The notes below the pieces were generated by a model, which had not been told where the DNA came from, did no database searches, and saw only the letters and a list, made by a program, of their open reading frames with translations. Positions 24,134-32,531 of a DNA stretch of 64,000 bases are shown piece after piece. Made by a program: the position numbers and the translations under genes. The DNA is from an uncultured bacterium (GTDB taxonomy: Bacteria; CAIWAD01), in contig CAIWAD010000124.1 in assembly GCA_903910645.1 (NCBI GenBank), positions 16,445 through 80,444 of the forward strand, written 5' to 3'. How positions within the stretch are numbered: position 1 is the first letter of the stretch; each line of letters starts with the position of its first letter.

Positions 24134-26681
24134 TGTCGGTCACACTCGCGGTTATGGCGCTGCTGCGCAGTTGGCGAATCCGCTCCTCGTCGAAGCCCAC
24201 GCCGTGGAAGTCCACCAGCCCACCCTCGGGCACATGGCATTCTCCACAGGTGGCGCCCGTGCCTTCGCCGGACTGGATGCGATCGTGGAAGCGGTCCTTG
24301 GTGTCCTTCATGCGTGCCTGGGTCATGGGCGCGGAATTCTGCCGGTACTCCTCGGCACGAGGGCTGTCCAGATCGGCATAAAGCGGCTTTCCGCCCACCT
24401 TCAAGCCCAGCAGGCTGGTGTAATTGTCCAGCCCGGTGAAGGGCGGTGTGCCGGTCAACTTATAGGGAGCCTTGGGCTCGCCCTGGGGCTGGCGGCGGAG
24501 ATCCAGCCAGCTCCACTCCGCGCCCTTGCGGTCGGCCTCCTTGGCGTGGCAGGTCTCGCAGGTCATGAAGCGGCTGTGCAGGTTCAAGTAGGCCCGCGTC
24601 TTGCGGTCGTTCTGGTGCGGCAACATGGCGTGGCAGAGCAGGCACTCGCTTTGGCGCAGGGTGGAATCCGCCGTCACCACCGGCTCGGCATCGTGGAAGC
24701 GTCTGTGGCGCCAATCCACATCCTCGTTGGCGACACGCAAGGGATAACTGGGATCCGCCAGCGCCGCCTCCTTGTCCGCCAGCGGGCGCTTGCACCACTG
24801 GGCCACCACATCGGCGGCGGCCGGAGCCTTGTCCACTCCCAGGTAGAGGCGGAAGGACCACACCATGGCGGCGCAGGTGACAATGGTGAGAAACAGAAAG
24901 GACCATCCCAGGGTGCGGGCCAGGGTGTCGCGCGTGCTGCGGCGACGCTCCCGGGCCCCGGTGACCTCGTTCACCAGGATGGGGCCGAACTTCTCCACGG
25001 CATCCGGCTCCATGAGCGCGCCGTGCTCCTCCTCCATGTCCTCTTCGCCCATTTTGCCGTCAATCCACACCTCGCTCATGGGCCAGCGGCTGGGCTTCCA
25101 GTGCACGTTCCAGAAATGCCACACCACGATGGCCGCCACGGCAAGGATGGCCTCCAGCGAATGCACCAGGCGGGCCAGGTCCACGATGAACTTGCTGCCC
25201 AGGTGCTCCATCCACAGGATGATGCCCGTTCCTGTCATCACCACGGAGCCCCAGGCGAAGGCCCAGTACTCCATTTTCTCGCCATAGTTGAAGAAGCCGA
25301 AGGCCGGGCGATCCTTCCGCAGGCCCAACATGAAGCTGATGTTGTGGCTGATGAGCTTCATGTCCGATGGGCCGGGGAGCATGGCCCACATCAGGGCCCT
25401 GCCGCGCTTGCTGAACACCGCATAGCCCAGGTGGTAGAAACTCACCAGCGTGAGCAGGATGGCCGCCACGCGATGGCTCCAGTCACGCACGGGCATGAAG
25501 TATTCCCACCGCACAAGGGTGCCGAAGCGCTCCGGCGGAATCCACAGCATGACGCCTGTCAGAGCCAGCAGGGTGAAGCTGGTGAACATGACCACATGAC
25601 TGATGCGCTCCGCTGGGCTCAGGCGGCGGAAGACACGACGCACGGCGCCTTCGGGCTTTTGGTGGTGGGCCGCTGCGTGCGCCTTTCGATGGCGACGCCA
25701 GGCGATGTAGTCCAGCAGATTGTGGCCCAGCATGCCGCCAATGGTGAGCAGGATGATCCAGATGTAAATGCGCTTCACCCACACCAGGGCCTGCACCTTG
25801 GTGCCCTGGTAAAGGTTGTGCATGCTGCCGGCGGTGGCGAAAGACACCGTGGCGCCATCGTGGCAACCGGTTGTGCTGCAGGTTTTCTGCAGGTTCGCCG
25901 GGTTGATCATGGACTTGGAATCCTGATGGCTCAGGATGTTGTGGTGGCCATGGCAGTCGGCGCACACGGGGCTGCGCTTGTCCCCGAAGTTGAAGCCGCG
26001 GCCATGGAAGGACTCCAGGAAGCTGGAGACCATGGTGCCATCGATGAGCAAGGTTTCAAGGCTGTCGGACACCAGCTCGTTGTCCGTGTGGCAGCGGATG
26101 CAGGCCTCGAAGTTCTGCTGATGCCTCCAGTACTCGTCCTCGCTGATGTGCAGGGCCAGGTGCTTGAAGTCCTCGTCCAGGGCGTTGTAGTTCTCGTGGC
26201 AGGTGAGGCACTTGGCCTTGGCGCGCTCCATGTCCTCCGGAAGCTTCTGCCAGTAGACGCTGTTGAAGTGGCAGTCCTTGCACACCGGCTTGCGGTGGTC
26301 GTAGGGGCCCTTCCCCGTCTTGCCATGCACGCTGGCCGCCAGGTCCCTGGCCATTTTCTGATGGGAGTAATCGGCGCCGGTGTAGGGATCGATTACATGG
26401 CAGGCCACGCTGCAGTCCACCTTTTTCACCGGCGCGCGGTGGGGCACCTGATCGATGTCCGTGTGGCACTGGCGGCAGGCGAAGCGGCCATGGATGCTGC
26501 TTTTATGGACGCCTTCGTCGATGGTGAAATTGCGCACGCCCGCGCTGTCGCTGACGGCCATCCAGGGCTTGCCATGGCAGAAGAGGCAATTCTCGGGATC
26601 GAAGGTGCTGTCCTGGGCCACGGCCAGTGTGGCCAGCAGCAGTCCCGCCAGGGCAAGGATCTTCCGCAGGGGATCCATCAT
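24102..26681 (-). CDS. Fused inner-membrane redox protein: N-terminal multihaem c domain, FdnI/PhsC-like cytochrome b domain, TM segment and C-terminal trihaem c domain
   Basis: I chose the ATG at 26681 (MMDPLRKILALAGLLLATLAVA; ATGA overlap). N-domain: CLFCH, CRQCH, CSVACH, CKDCH, CLTCH, CIRCH, CADCH, CSTTGCH. b-domain: RISHVVMFTSFTLLALTG...WSHRVAAILL...EYWAFAWGSVVMTGTG...HSLEAILAVAAIVVWHFWNVH. C-domain: CLLCH, CETCH, CGECH. Confidence 0.85.
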   Translation of the reverse strand: MMDPLRKILALAGLLLATLAVAQDSTFDPENCLFCHGKPWMAVSDSAGVRNFTIDEGVHKSSIHGRFACRQCHTDIDQVPHRAPVKKVDCSVACHVIDPYTGADYSHQKMARDLAASVHGKTGKGPYDHRKPVCKDCHFNSVYWQKLPEDMERAKAKCLTCHENYNALDEDFKHLALHISEDEYWRHQQNFEACIRCHTDNELVSDSLETLLIDGTMVSSFLESFHGRGFNFGDKRSPVCADCHGHHNILSHQDSKSMINPANLQKTCSTTGCHDGATVSFATAGSMHNLYQGTKVQALVWVKRIYIWIILLTIGGMLGHNLLDYIAWRRHRKAHAAAHHQKPEGAVRRVFRRLSPAERISHVVMFTSFTLLALTGVMLWIPPERFGTLVRWEYFMPVRDWSHRVAAILLTLVSFYHLGYAVFSKRGRALMWAMLPGPSDMKLISHNISFMLGLRKDRPAFGFFNYGEKMEYWAFAWGSVVMTGTGIILWMEHLGSKFIVDLARLVHSLEAILAVAAIVVWHFWNVHWKPSRWPMSEVWIDGKMGEEDMEEEHGALMEPDAVEKFGPILVNEVTGARERRRSTRDTLARTLGWSFLFLTIVTCAAMVWSFRLYLGVDKAPAAADVVAQWCKRPLADKEAALADPSYPLRVANEDVDWRHRRFHDAEPVVTADSTLRQSECLLCHAMLPHQNDRKTRAYLNLHSRFMTCETCHAKEADRKGAEWSWLDLRRQPQGEPKAPYKLTGTPPFTGLDNYTSLLGLKVGGKPLYADLDSPRAEEYRQNSAPMTQARMKDTKDRFHDRIQSGEGTGATCGECHVPEGGLVDFHGVGFDEERIRQLRSSAITASVTDNEVFFLPPAY

Positions 26682-27481
26682 TCCTCCAGCATGGGGAAGT
26701 GGAAGGGTTCGTAATTCTCCACCATGCCCACGGCGGCGGAGTGCGTCAATTCGTGGATGCGCGGTTGGCTGAAGCCCAGCGCGACCCATGGGAAAGCGGC
26801 TTCCGGCGTGTGGCAGGCCAGGCAGGCGCTGGGCGTTTTGCCCACATGCTCCTCGGCGAACTCGCGGAACTGGGCCTCGTCGATCTCCAGCCCGCTCAGC
26901 GCGTCGGCGCGGAACTGCTTGTAGCGCTGGTCATCGTAGGGCGTGAACAGCAGGGTGTTGCCGCCTGCCGCCGTGAGCACAGGGACGATGCGGCTGATGA
27001 AGTTGTGCCGCCCGGACAGGACGCCATCCTTCCCCCGCTCAAGTCCATAGGGGCCCAGGGCCGTGACCGTGTTGTCCGTGTCGAAGGAGGTCCACTCCAG
27101 CGAGGTGCGCGCGCGCATGGTGTCGTCCAGATGGCAGGCCAGACAGCTCATGAAATGGCTGTGCTGGTTGTAGAAGGCACGGCGCTTGGGATCCTTGGTG
27201 TGCGGGAAAAGCGGGTGGCATGTCAGGCAGGCCTCCTGCTGGCCCAGGGGCAGCAGGCTGTGCACCTCGATGTTGTGGAAGTGCTGCTCCTGGTTGCGGT
27301 AGTCCTCGAACCAGGTCTCCAGCTGCTCCACATGGTCCGTGAAGTGGCGCCTTCCCTGCTTTTCCTCCTCGTGGGCCTTGTGGGGACGGTTGGTCATCCA
27401 CACCAGCCAGGCGGACACAGCGCTGCCGATGACCAGGGCCGTAAGGCCGTAGGCCACCCGGCTGAAGGTTCTCATGCTCAT
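26678..27481 (-). CDS. Membrane-anchored trihaem cytochrome c, homologous to the C-terminal domain of the 24102-26681 product
   Basis: N-terminal TM segment VAYGLTALVIGSAVSAWLVW. Motifs CLTCHPLFPHTKD, CLACHLDD and CLACHTPE align with CLLCHAMLPHQND, CETCHAKE and CGECHVPE. Confidence 0.85.
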   Translation of the reverse strand: MSMRTFSRVAYGLTALVIGSAVSAWLVWMTNRPHKAHEEEKQGRRHFTDHVEQLETWFEDYRNQEQHFHNIEVHSLLPLGQQEACLTCHPLFPHTKDPKRRAFYNQHSHFMSCLACHLDDTMRARTSLEWTSFDTDNTVTALGPYGLERGKDGVLSGRHNFISRIVPVLTAAGGNTLLFTPYDDQRYKQFRADALSGLEIDEAQFREFAEEHVGKTPSACLACHTPEAAFPWVALGFSQPRIHELTHSAAVGMVENYEPFHFPMLEE

Positions 27482-28263
27482 GCGTCACCATCCCGGCCGG
27501 CGGCGCCGTCCTGCTTGTCGTCGTCGTCGTGGCGTCGCACACGGCCACGCTTCAACTGCTCAAGGATGTCCTCCAGCTCGCGGGGATGCTCGTGCATCAT
27601 CTCCTCTTCGCTAAGGGTGCCGCGGTACCACACCTTGTTGGCGGGCCACACGCGGGGATTGAAGTGCACGTTGTAGAAGTGCCAGATGACAATGGCCAGG
27701 AAGGCCAGCAGGGCCTCGTCACTGTGGGCCACATAGGCGATCTGGATGACCTCTGAGGGGAACCACTGGCCGCTGGCCTCCGGATACCACAGCAACAGGC
27801 CGCTGCCCGCCATGATGAACATGCCCCAGAACACCGCCCAGTAGTCGAATTTTTCGATGTAGGAGAAGCGGTGGAAGCGGGGACGCTCCTCACTCAGGAA
27901 AAGGAAGTAGCGGATGTTCGTGGCAATGTCCCGGGCATCCTGCAGGTTCGGCAGCAGATGCATGCCGGAAAGGGGCGTGCGGTTGCGCACGATGTTGAAG
28001 AACACATAGAACACATGGACGGCGAAATCGGCGATCATCACCACCGCGGCCACGCGATGAATGGTGCGCACCGTGTCGATGCCCCCGAAAAGGTTGATGG
28101 AGTGCGACCAGAAGGCGGTGTCCGGGAACTTGATGGGGAAGCCCGTCACCACCAGGACAATGAATGGCACAAACATGAAGATGTGCTGCAGGCGCTGGCT
28201 GAGCGAGAAACGCACATACTCCCGCCTTCCCCCCACCACGCGAATGCGATCACTCACTCTCAT
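27478..28263 (-). CDS. Cytochrome b subunit (FdnI / Ni-Fe hydrogenase b-type / PhsC-like)
   Basis: I chose the ATG at 28263 (MRVSDRIRVV...). RLQHIFMFVPFIVLVVTG, TIHRVAAVVMIADFAVHVFYV, DYWAVFWGMFIMAGSG and HSDEALLAFLAIVIWHFYNVHFNP. The ATGA overlap is with the downstream gene. Confidence 0.85.
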   Translation of the reverse strand: MRVSDRIRVVGGRREYVRFSLSQRLQHIFMFVPFIVLVVTGFPIKFPDTAFWSHSINLFGGIDTVRTIHRVAAVVMIADFAVHVFYVFFNIVRNRTPLSGMHLLPNLQDARDIATNIRYFLFLSEERPRFHRFSYIEKFDYWAVFWGMFIMAGSGLLLWYPEASGQWFPSEVIQIAYVAHSDEALLAFLAIVIWHFYNVHFNPRVWPANKVWYRGTLSEEEMMHEHPRELEDILEQLKRGRVRRHDDDDKQDGAAGRDGDA

Positions 28264-29296
28264 GGCGGCCTCCTCCCGAGAAGCGCCCGTGGACCCAGCG
28301 GCCGAAGTCCAGCAGGATGTGGCTGAAGAGCAGGGCCATGGTGATGGCCGTGAGCAGGATGAAGCCCCAGGTGACCACATAGACCACCGGATTGCTCTCC
28401 ATGGTGGGCTTGCTGTGGATGGCCGAGCGCGCGAACTCAATGCTGGGGCTGATGTGGCAGCCCGTGGTGCCGCAGGTCTGGCGGATGTTCGCCGTGGACA
28501 GCGTGGAGGCCGGGTCGTCCTGGGGCAGCACAAGATGACTGGTGTGGCAATCCGCGCAGTTGGCCACGCCATCCAGGCCGCGCCGCATGGCCTTGCCATG
28601 GAAGTGGTGCTGGAAGCCTTCCACCTGCGTGCTGCTCACATTCACGCTCTCCATCAGCGTGGCGTCGCCGTGACAGCTTGAGCACAAGCGCACGATGTCC
28701 AGCGAGTTCTCCGCGCTGCGGTGGGAAGTGTGGCGGTCAATGTGCTGGATGACGCCTTCCAGGGACTTGCCGTCGTGGCAGTTGGCGCAGTGCTTGGCCT
28801 GCTCCTGCACGCGCTGGTCCGGGGCCGCCATGCGATGGCTGCCGTGGCAGTACTTGCAGCCGGGCTTGGCGGCGTTGGTTTCGGGATCGTCCTTGGGATT
28901 CTGCCCGTGCACGCTCATGGCGTGGGCTTCCACTTCGCCGCGGTGGGAGAACACCGTCAGCTCGAAGGGGCGGTTCACATGGCAGGTCTTGCCGCAGTCC
29001 ACCTTCTGCACCACCTGTGGATGCGGAAACGCATCGATGTCCGCGTGGCAGTCCCGGCAGCCGATGCCCTTGTGGGAGCTGTGCATCACGGTCTCGGCGC
29101 TCACCTCGTAGAGGCGGAAACGGCCCTTGTCGTCGTGGCGCGACAACAGGGGCAGCCCATGGCAGAGTTCGCAGTTCTCCGAATCCGCCAGACGCGGATT
29201 GGCCAGCGAAGACGCCAGCGGCAGCAAGGCGAGAAGGGCCGGGAGCAGGCCCCTGGCCAGAGAGGCCAAGGCGCCCCTACAGGTCGTGACAGGCAT
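28250..29296 (-). CDS. Multihaem cytochrome c with a C-terminal membrane anchor (6 CxxCH, one CX3CH, one CX4CH)
   Basis: Signal peptide ...LLPALLALLPLASSLA. Motifs: CELCH, CRDCH, CGKTCH, CKYCH, CANCH, CSSCH, CADCH, CGTTGCH. C-terminal TM segment VVYVVTWGFILLTAITMALLF. Confidence 0.9.
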   Translation of the reverse strand: MPVTTCRGALASLARGLLPALLALLPLASSLANPRLADSENCELCHGLPLLSRHDDKGRFRLYEVSAETVMHSSHKGIGCRDCHADIDAFPHPQVVQKVDCGKTCHVNRPFELTVFSHRGEVEAHAMSVHGQNPKDDPETNAAKPGCKYCHGSHRMAAPDQRVQEQAKHCANCHDGKSLEGVIQHIDRHTSHRSAENSLDIVRLCSSCHGDATLMESVNVSSTQVEGFQHHFHGKAMRRGLDGVANCADCHTSHLVLPQDDPASTLSTANIRQTCGTTGCHISPSIEFARSAIHSKPTMESNPVVYVVTWGFILLTAITMALLFSHILLDFGRWVHGRFSGGGRHESE

Positions 29297-30215
29297 AGCA
29301 GATCCGCTCTTTTGCCGCCCGCAGGAGCTTGGAGGCGGGGGCGCCTCCGCCCGAGCAGGCGGGATTTGGGCTGTGACAGGTGGCGCAGGCCACCGTTCCC
29401 CCGGGTCCCAGGGGCAGGATCACGCCGCTCTGGGCCTGGAACCGTTCCAGCGCGGCGGCGGTGTTCATCTTCAATCTGTTGTGCAGCACGGAGCGTCCCA
29501 CATGCTCCCGCTCATGCTTCACATCCTTGTGGCACTTCAGGCACAGTTCGCCCTGGGGCAGCTGAAGGCCCTTGCCGGGCTGGGCCGCATCGCCGCCCTC
29601 CGCGCTGTGGCAGTACCAGCAGGCCTTGTTGTCCTCGGACTGGCCGTGGGGATAGGTCTGCTTGTAGAGTTCGCGCGTGTGGCACTGGTAGCAGAAGTCC
29701 GTCTCCCGGGGCCATGGTCCGCCACGCAGCATGCTGCGGTTCTCCCGCGCCACGCGATAGCTGGTGGTCTCGTCGCAGTTGATGGCGTGGCAGGTCAGGC
29801 AAGTGCCACGGCCTTCCTTCAGGCGCGCATTGGCCGGACTGGGCGCCTTGGAGCTTGCCCCGGAGAAATCCGTGGGATGGATTTCACGCAAATGGGCCTG
29901 GGGGTCGTGGCATTCCACACAAGCGCCGTCCCGCCAGTTGGCCGCCGCCGGAGTCTGCCCGGGCGTGTGGCATTGGTCGCAACGGTTGGGCCGGCCGTGG
30001 GGGTTGTCCTTGCCAGGCAGAGTCAGGTGCTGCTTCTGGGCGGGCCTGGGTGCCGGGGCCGCCGCACGCGCGGGCACGGGTGGCTTGCACAAGCCACAGG
30101 ACGGTTTGGCGCAGTCATCATGGGTGGCCGGGGCAGGAGCCGCTCCCAGCTGGGCACCAAGCAGCAGCGCCAGCAAACCGACAACCCAGGAACCTGACCA
30201 CGAGCGTTGAACCAT
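29277..30215 (-). CDS. Periplasmic octahaem cytochrome c
   Basis: I chose the ATG at 30215 (MVQRSWSGSWVVGLLALLLGAQLGAA). Motifs: CDQCH, CVECH, CLTCH, CYQCH, CWYCH, CLKCH, CATCH, CYACH. Confidence 0.9.
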   Translation of the reverse strand: MVQRSWSGSWVVGLLALLLGAQLGAAPAPATHDDCAKPSCGLCKPPVPARAAAPAPRPAQKQHLTLPGKDNPHGRPNRCDQCHTPGQTPAAANWRDGACVECHDPQAHLREIHPTDFSGASSKAPSPANARLKEGRGTCLTCHAINCDETTSYRVARENRSMLRGGPWPRETDFCYQCHTRELYKQTYPHGQSEDNKACWYCHSAEGGDAAQPGKGLQLPQGELCLKCHKDVKHEREHVGRSVLHNRLKMNTAAALERFQAQSGVILPLGPGGTVACATCHSPNPACSGGGAPASKLLRAAKERICYACHDL

Positions 30216-30222
30216 CACGCCA

Positions 30223-31410
30223 TCACTCCAGCGGATAGGATAGGCCTTGCTCCTCCCAGCGATTGGGAAGGGGCAGGTCGTCATGGATGAGCGCATTGGC
30301 GCCGAAGCGCAGGCTGAGCAGGTCGTAGCCCAGCACATTGAGGTAGAAACCCACGAAGGCGCTGGTCTGGCCCGTCCAGCAGTAGAGGACATTGGTGTTG
30401 GCCGGATGCAGGGCGCTCAGGTCCTGATTGGTGGTCAGGCTGCCCGGGCTAAGCTGATAGGCGCCCTGGACATGGCCGTACGTGAAGTAGTCGTCCTGCA
30501 GCCAGTAGTTGTGGATGATGAAGGAGCCGGGGTTGTCCATGACCTCGTAGGCGTTCACAGCGTTGGCCGTGAAGCCCTCCGCCAACACCGCCGACACCCG
30601 CGCCTGCAGAATGGCCTGCCCCGAGGCCAGTCCCGTGGACAGCTCGGGCCAGTCGAAGGTGGGAAGGGCGGGACTGTTGCCGTAGCTCATCACCGATTCG
30701 TATGCGTTGCTGATGCCTGCATTCCAGGGCCCTGCCAGCAGGTCGTTCCACCCCGCCATGCCCCATTGCAGACTGAAGGCGTCGTGGCCCAACATGCGCA
30801 ATGCCATGGTGGCGAAGGCCGCCACCTGTCCCGTGTCACAAGCCAGCAGCACCGGCAGGCCGCCACTGTTCTGCCCTTCCACCGTGGACACCAGCGTGGT
30901 AAGGCTGGCATTGCGAGCGCCGGGAATGTGCCCTGCCAGGAAGGCCTGGCTGCTGCGGAGATCCACCACGAAGTACTGGCCCAGATTGGCGTTCACCGTG
31001 GTGGCAGGCAGGATCCAGTTGGTGGCCCAGGTGGCGAACTGGGCGTCCGTGATGGCCGCCAGGCGGTTGAATTCCCCGCGCACGGAGATGGAGGTGGAAC
31101 GGCTGGCGCTGTCCACGCCATCGCTGACCTCCACCAGGATCGTCACCTGCCCGGAAGCCGGTGCCTGCCACTGGATGTTGGCCGTGCTGCCAATGGCCAG
31201 ACCATCAACTGTCCAGGCATAGGTCAAGGCGTCGCCATCGGCGTCGCTGGCCGTGCAGGCAAGAGTGATGGTCTCGCCGGGATCGGGGGTGGGATCGCTG
31301 GCGGTGACACCGCTGATGACAGGCGGGCTGTTGCCCTCCTCAGAAGAGGAACAGCCACCCAAAATGAGGGCGGCCATCAGGCCCGTGACGAAAATGCGTG
31401 CGCGACCCAT
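30223..31410 (-). CDS. Lipoprotein with a PKD/Ig-like domain and tandem rhodanese domains
   Basis: Lipobox LMAALILGGCSSSEEG. PKD-like segment ITLACTASDADGDALTYAWTV. Rhodanese motifs: LAGHIPGARNA, the loop CDTGQV, YGHVQGAYQL and the loop CWTGQTS. Confidence 0.8.
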   Translation of the reverse strand: MGRARIFVTGLMAALILGGCSSSEEGNSPPVISGVTASDPTPDPGETITLACTASDADGDALTYAWTVDGLAIGSTANIQWQAPASGQVTILVEVSDGVDSASRSTSISVRGEFNRLAAITDAQFATWATNWILPATTVNANLGQYFVVDLRSSQAFLAGHIPGARNASLTTLVSTVEGQNSGGLPVLLACDTGQVAAFATMALRMLGHDAFSLQWGMAGWNDLLAGPWNAGISNAYESVMSYGNSPALPTFDWPELSTGLASGQAILQARVSAVLAEGFTANAVNAYEVMDNPGSFIIHNYWLQDDYFTYGHVQGAYQLSPGSLTTNQDLSALHPANTNVLYCWTGQTSAFVGFYLNVLGYDLLSLRFGANALIHDDLPLPNRWEEQGLSYPLE

Positions 31411-31471
31411 GGCCGATCCTTTCCGGAAATGAATCCGGGCCGCCCGAGGGCGGCCCGGACACGAGGTGGAC

Positions 31472-32431
31472 TTAGTTGGTTTCCAGCTCGTAGTTGAAGC
31501 CGGTGGCGGCCCAGGCGTTGGCCGGCATGGTGTCGTGGTACAGCGCGTTGGCGCCGTACTTCAGGCTAAGCACATCATAGCCCAGGGCGTTCAGGTAGAA
31601 ACCCACCAGGGCGCTGGTCTGGCCCGTGTAGCAGTAGAGCACCTGCTGGTCGGCGGGATCCAGGGCGTCCAGGTCCGTGGTGGTGGTCAGGTTGCCCGGA
31701 GTCAGCTGGTAGGCGCCGTCGATGTGGCCAACGGCGTAGTGGGCGGCGCTCCAGTAGTTGAAGATCTGGTAGTCACCCGGAGTGGCCATTACGGTGGCTG
31801 CGGTGACGATGTTGGGCGTCAGGCCTTCAGCCAGGATGGCGTTCACGCGGGCCTCCAGGATGGCCTGGCCATCGGTGAGGCCGGTGTTCAGTGCAGGGAA
31901 CTCGAAGGTGCCCAGGGCGGGGCTGGCGCTGGTGACCATGTTGCCCACATAGGCGTTGCTGATGCCCGTGGCCCAGCTGGTGTTCAAGGCGTCATTCCAA
32001 CCGCCCATGCCCCACTTCACGGAGAAGGCGTCCGTCCAGCCCAGCATGCGCAGAGCCATGGTGGCGAAGGCCGAAGTCTGGCCCGTGTAGCACACCACCG
32101 CCACCGGCAGGTCGCTGGTGTTGTTGGTGGCGATGTTGTCGGCCATGGTGGTCAGCGTGGCGTTGTGGGCGCCGGGGATGTGGCCGGCAGCGTAGTCCGT
32201 GGCGCTGCGCAGGTCCACCACATAAAGGTTGGCCAGGTTGGTGTGGACATAGTCCGCGCCCTGCACCCAGCCCGTGGTCCAGCCGGCGAAGCCCGTGTCC
32301 GTGAGCTCGCTCATGAGGGCGAACTCGTCCACCGGTGTGGTATTGTCGTCGTCGTCATCCTCGGAGCAGCCGGTGAAGACGGAAAGGGTGAGCGCCACGG
32401 ACAAAGCCAAGGCGAGCTTCTGGAACTTCAT
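31472..32431 (-). CDS. Lipoprotein with tandem rhodanese domains, both with a CYTGQTS active-site loop
   Basis: I chose the ATG at 32431, preceded by a GGAG. Lipobox LTLSVFTGCSEDDDDDNTT. Motifs: AAGHIPGAHNA, VVCYTGQTSAFATMALRMLGW and LYCYTGQTSALVGFYLNALGY. Confidence 0.85.
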   Translation of the reverse strand: MKFQKLALALSVALTLSVFTGCSEDDDDDNTTPVDEFALMSELTDTGFAGWTTGWVQGADYVHTNLANLYVVDLRSATDYAAGHIPGAHNATLTTMADNIATNNTSDLPVAVVCYTGQTSAFATMALRMLGWTDAFSVKWGMGGWNDALNTSWATGISNAYVGNMVTSASPALGTFEFPALNTGLTDGQAILEARVNAILAEGLTPNIVTAATVMATPGDYQIFNYWSAAHYAVGHIDGAYQLTPGNLTTTTDLDALDPADQQVLYCYTGQTSALVGFYLNALGYDVLSLKYGANALYHDTMPANAWAATGFNYELETN

Positions 32432-32531
32432 GCGAACTCCTGTGTTTTGGAAAGTTGGGTCCATTGACCCATTGGTGACGCGCCCGTGGCCGCCGACCCT
32501 CCCAAGCCCGCGGCCCGACCCGTTTCAACCA

